DNA of 63,265 nucleotides, filler included, from Octopus bimaculoides (Eukaryota), in the NCBI RefSeq assembly GCF_001194135.2. It is 5 parts of 5 records of this genome, joined end to end, with 100 filler letters (N's around TTAATTAATTAA, not from the genome) between each part and the next. Parts side by side here need not be neighbours in the genome. Positions count along the whole stretch, not along the records: positions 44,836 to 60,955 come from NC_068997.1; positions 61,056 to 63,265 come from NC_068988.1; 3 more parts are not named here. One strand, 5' to 3'. The position numbers and the translations under genes are program-made. Of this stretch, positions 60,523 through 63,265 are shown in pieces. The first letter of the stretch is position 1. Each line of letters opens with the position of its first letter. Under the pieces are notes generated by a model that was not told the DNA's origin, ran no database searches, and was given only the letters and a program-made list of their open reading frames with translations.

Positions 60523-61182
60523 GTGATGATATAAAATGTATTCAAATATTGACTGAAATATGTCAGAGCAAAAATATTCTTTTTGTCTTCGTTTATTAAA
60601 TTTTGGGTTAATATTTGCATCAAATACATTATCTGATTATGTAACAGAATGGTAACAGAGAGTTCTTATTGAACATAACCCTCGTTGGAGATAATTTGGA
60701 AGTTGTCATGGTCTGTGGACTACAAGCACCATAGAACAGTGTTAAACAACAGACGAAGCGAGTCTGTGATGCAGGGCTGATCGCCAGCTCCTCACTTACT
60801 CTTTATATCTCTGATCAATAGTGTTAGAGTTGGAGAATGTGTAGGTGCCATGCTAGCATCACCATGTAGCACGACACATTGGCAAGAAGTCTTTCGGTGT
60901 TGGTGGCCCTACATGTTACAGTTTATGGAAAAGAGTAATTTATATATATATATATNNNNNNNNNNNNNNNNNNNNNNNNNNNNNNNNNNNNNNNNNNNNT
61001 TAATTAATTAANNNNNNNNNNNNNNNNNNNNNNNNNNNNNNNNNNNNNNNNNNNNGGGAAATTAATCTAGTTTTATATTGGAGACAGTCTAATCAACAGG
61101 CAATTGCTGTATTAATCATCTTCACTGCCGTCGCCGCCGCCACTACCACTGCCGCCACAGCCGCCACCACCACCACCACCAC

Positions 61183-61233
<51 letters not shown>

Positions 61234-61754
61234 ACTGTATGGTCATTTGTGCTGAGATAATATCTTAAGTGAAATCTGATTTTGATTCCTGGTTGTCACA
61301 ATTTTGTTTCACTTGCCTTGCTAAGTGTACCCCCCCTCTCTCTCTCTCTCCACACATACACACACAGACATACACACACACATACGCACACATACATACA
61401 TACAACCAGGAATACATACATGCACGCCCACTTACGTATGGATATACGTTTGTATCTATGTATGTACTCATCTATAATACGTACACACGCGCACACAATA
61501 TCAGGATATTACAATTAGATCATCATCATCATCGTAATGGCACACGTGCTATTTGTCTCATAATTATAGGTTAGTCTTGGATGGCTCGGTTACTGACGAG
61601 AATTTTCCCAGTAAATTATTTTATTAACTAAAAAAATTCAAAACCTTTAGGTTTTTAACCGTAAAAACAGGGGAAAAGTTTTTATTTTTTCATTCCCATT
61701 GAAATTGCTTAAATTTTGTGGTTTTCGGTCGTTTTGACTGTCTCCTAGCGCGCG

Positions 61755-61980
61755 CGTGTGCGTGTTTTTGTGTCTGTGTTGTCCCCCTGCCATCGCTTGA
61801 CAACCGATGCTGGTGTGCTTACGTCACCGTAACTTAGCGGCTCGGCAAAATAGATCGATAGAATAAGTACTAAGCCTACAAAGAATAAGTCCTGGAGTCG
61901 ATTTCTTCGACTAAAACGCCTTCAAGGCGGTGCTCTAGTATGGCCACAGTCAAATGACTGAAAAAAATAAAAGACGAAAA
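61755..61980 (+). mobile_element. 3' half of the major SINE
   Basis: CCATCGCTTGACAACCGATGCTGGTGTG...CAAATGACTGAAAAAAATAAAAGA. Confidence 0.8.
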
Positions 61981-62992
61981 GAATGAAAAAATATAGGAGT
62001 ATAGCCGTGTGTACCTCATGCCGTGTGTACCTCATGCCGTGTGTACTTCTTTCAATCATTTCTATGTCTGCTTCTACCGTCTTAGTTTTATTATCCCAGA
62101 AGCTCGTGTCTGTCTGTCGGAACACAGATGTAAACGTAGAGGAATACATCTGTTTTTGTTTGTCTTTGAATATGTTCTCGTTAGCACATTTATGCACGTT
62201 CTTTGTAACAGATTGCGGTATGACTGCTCTAATGTTGTTGTAAACATATTGGTATGTCTTTATGTTTGTTAACAAAATAGTACACTAGTAACACATCCAC
62301 ATATTGAAAACAGTAACGACATCGGCTTTTGCCTACCACAGCAAGTTTACACTTATGGATATCTGCTGTATTAGCACATCCAAGCACAGTAAATCTGTGT
62401 TTGGTAGCCTCAGCTCTTAACAGTGATCTCCCTCTCTCCCTATCAGCTATAGTTATTTTGTTTTTTCCTGGAGCAAAGACGCCATAGTATCGATGTTTCA
62501 ACACTATTAAACGTTCGTTCTGTTGTTAAGTTCTTTATCAACAGTGATCTGTGCAAATTAATCCAGGAATTTCTTGACTGCTTTATAATCAGTTGACGCC
62601 TTATCACCACAAGTTTGAAAAAAAAATGGCTATTATACATACATACATACTTACATACATACATACGTGTGTACATACATACACACATACTTACATAATA
62701 CACACATACATATCTATACACACACACGCACACGCACACACACATACACACACATGCATATCATCACCATCATGTAACGTACTTTTTTCCATATTGGCAT
62801 GGGTTGCACTGTTTCACAGGGGTTGGCCAGCCCTCTTACACGAAACATAACTTCCAGTGTTATAGAAAATCTGTAGAAATAAATTTAAAAATGAGAACAT
62901 TGCACTGCTAACACAAGAAGTAAGGAACTGTATTTACATGTAAACCTTTAAATATATTACGGTAGCAAAAGCAAATACTGCGTCCTTGCTAC

Positions 62993-63232
62993 TAATTAAT
63001 ATTTACATACCAAATCCCAGGAATGTGTTTAATATGCAAAAATGGTTTTTCTAGTAGCATTTCACTGCTAAATTTAGTGTGGCTATTTAAGCAATGCATT
63101 CGGGAATCATTAAGGGGTTGGGAGGGGTGCTGATGAAAGCGCAATAACTCTTGAAACATGCATGTGCAGCCATTGCCTAATTTTTCTGTCTTCGATTGCA
63201 TTGTTTACAAAGACTTATTAGTATACAAAATG
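62993..63232 (+). mobile_element. Hammerhead-bearing repeat, family B copy 2 (motif 63125-63171, decayed)
   Basis: Motif GGGTG-CTGATGA-AAGCG-CAATAA-CTCTT-GAA-ACATGCATGT-G-CAGCC; N17 is G, so the cleavage triplet is GUG. Confidence 0.65.
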
Positions 63233-63265
63233 TCAGAAGCAATAAGCTTCATATATATATATATA

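Noticed and set aside
14460-63265. Next Sidekick exon (expected phase 1, starting near PSxPP)
   Set aside because: The candidate acceptors I checked (about 15390, 21040, 51357, 59890) give early stops or non-FN3 sequence; none accepted.

Overview
AT-rich, microsatellite-dense eukaryotic genomic DNA. The SINE/LINE repertoire looks like a coleoid cephalopod (Octopus-like); this is recognition from memory, not a database match. The window is a mosaic of five assembly pieces joined by 100-bp gap spacers (44 N + TTAATTAATTAA + 44 N) at 25930, 43268, 44736 and 60956, so adjacency across those points is unproven. Two genes are supported, both on the + strand. (1) Three phase-1 exons (5934-6224, 10956-11096, 14265-14459) encode the last Ig domain and first FN3 domain of a Sidekick-type adhesion protein; no further Sidekick exon was found downstream. 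(2) An intact caspase-3/7-like ORF with an intronless CDS (30435-31286) has a splice acceptor just before its ATG; it may be a retrogene nested in the Sidekick intron. The rest is transposon-derived: tRNA-derived SINEs, RTE, CR1 and Penelope-like (PLE) fragments, and piggyBac-, mariner- and Merlin-like MITEs, several nested. The most striking unexplained signal is seven minimal type I hammerhead-ribozyme motifs in four unrelated repeat families, all with palindromic stem III. One family is a tRNA-headed SINE with a hammerhead in its tail, which twice forms head-to-head inversions broken at the B box and may be a PLE-mobilised, Pol III-driven element. All folding and alignment was done by eye.
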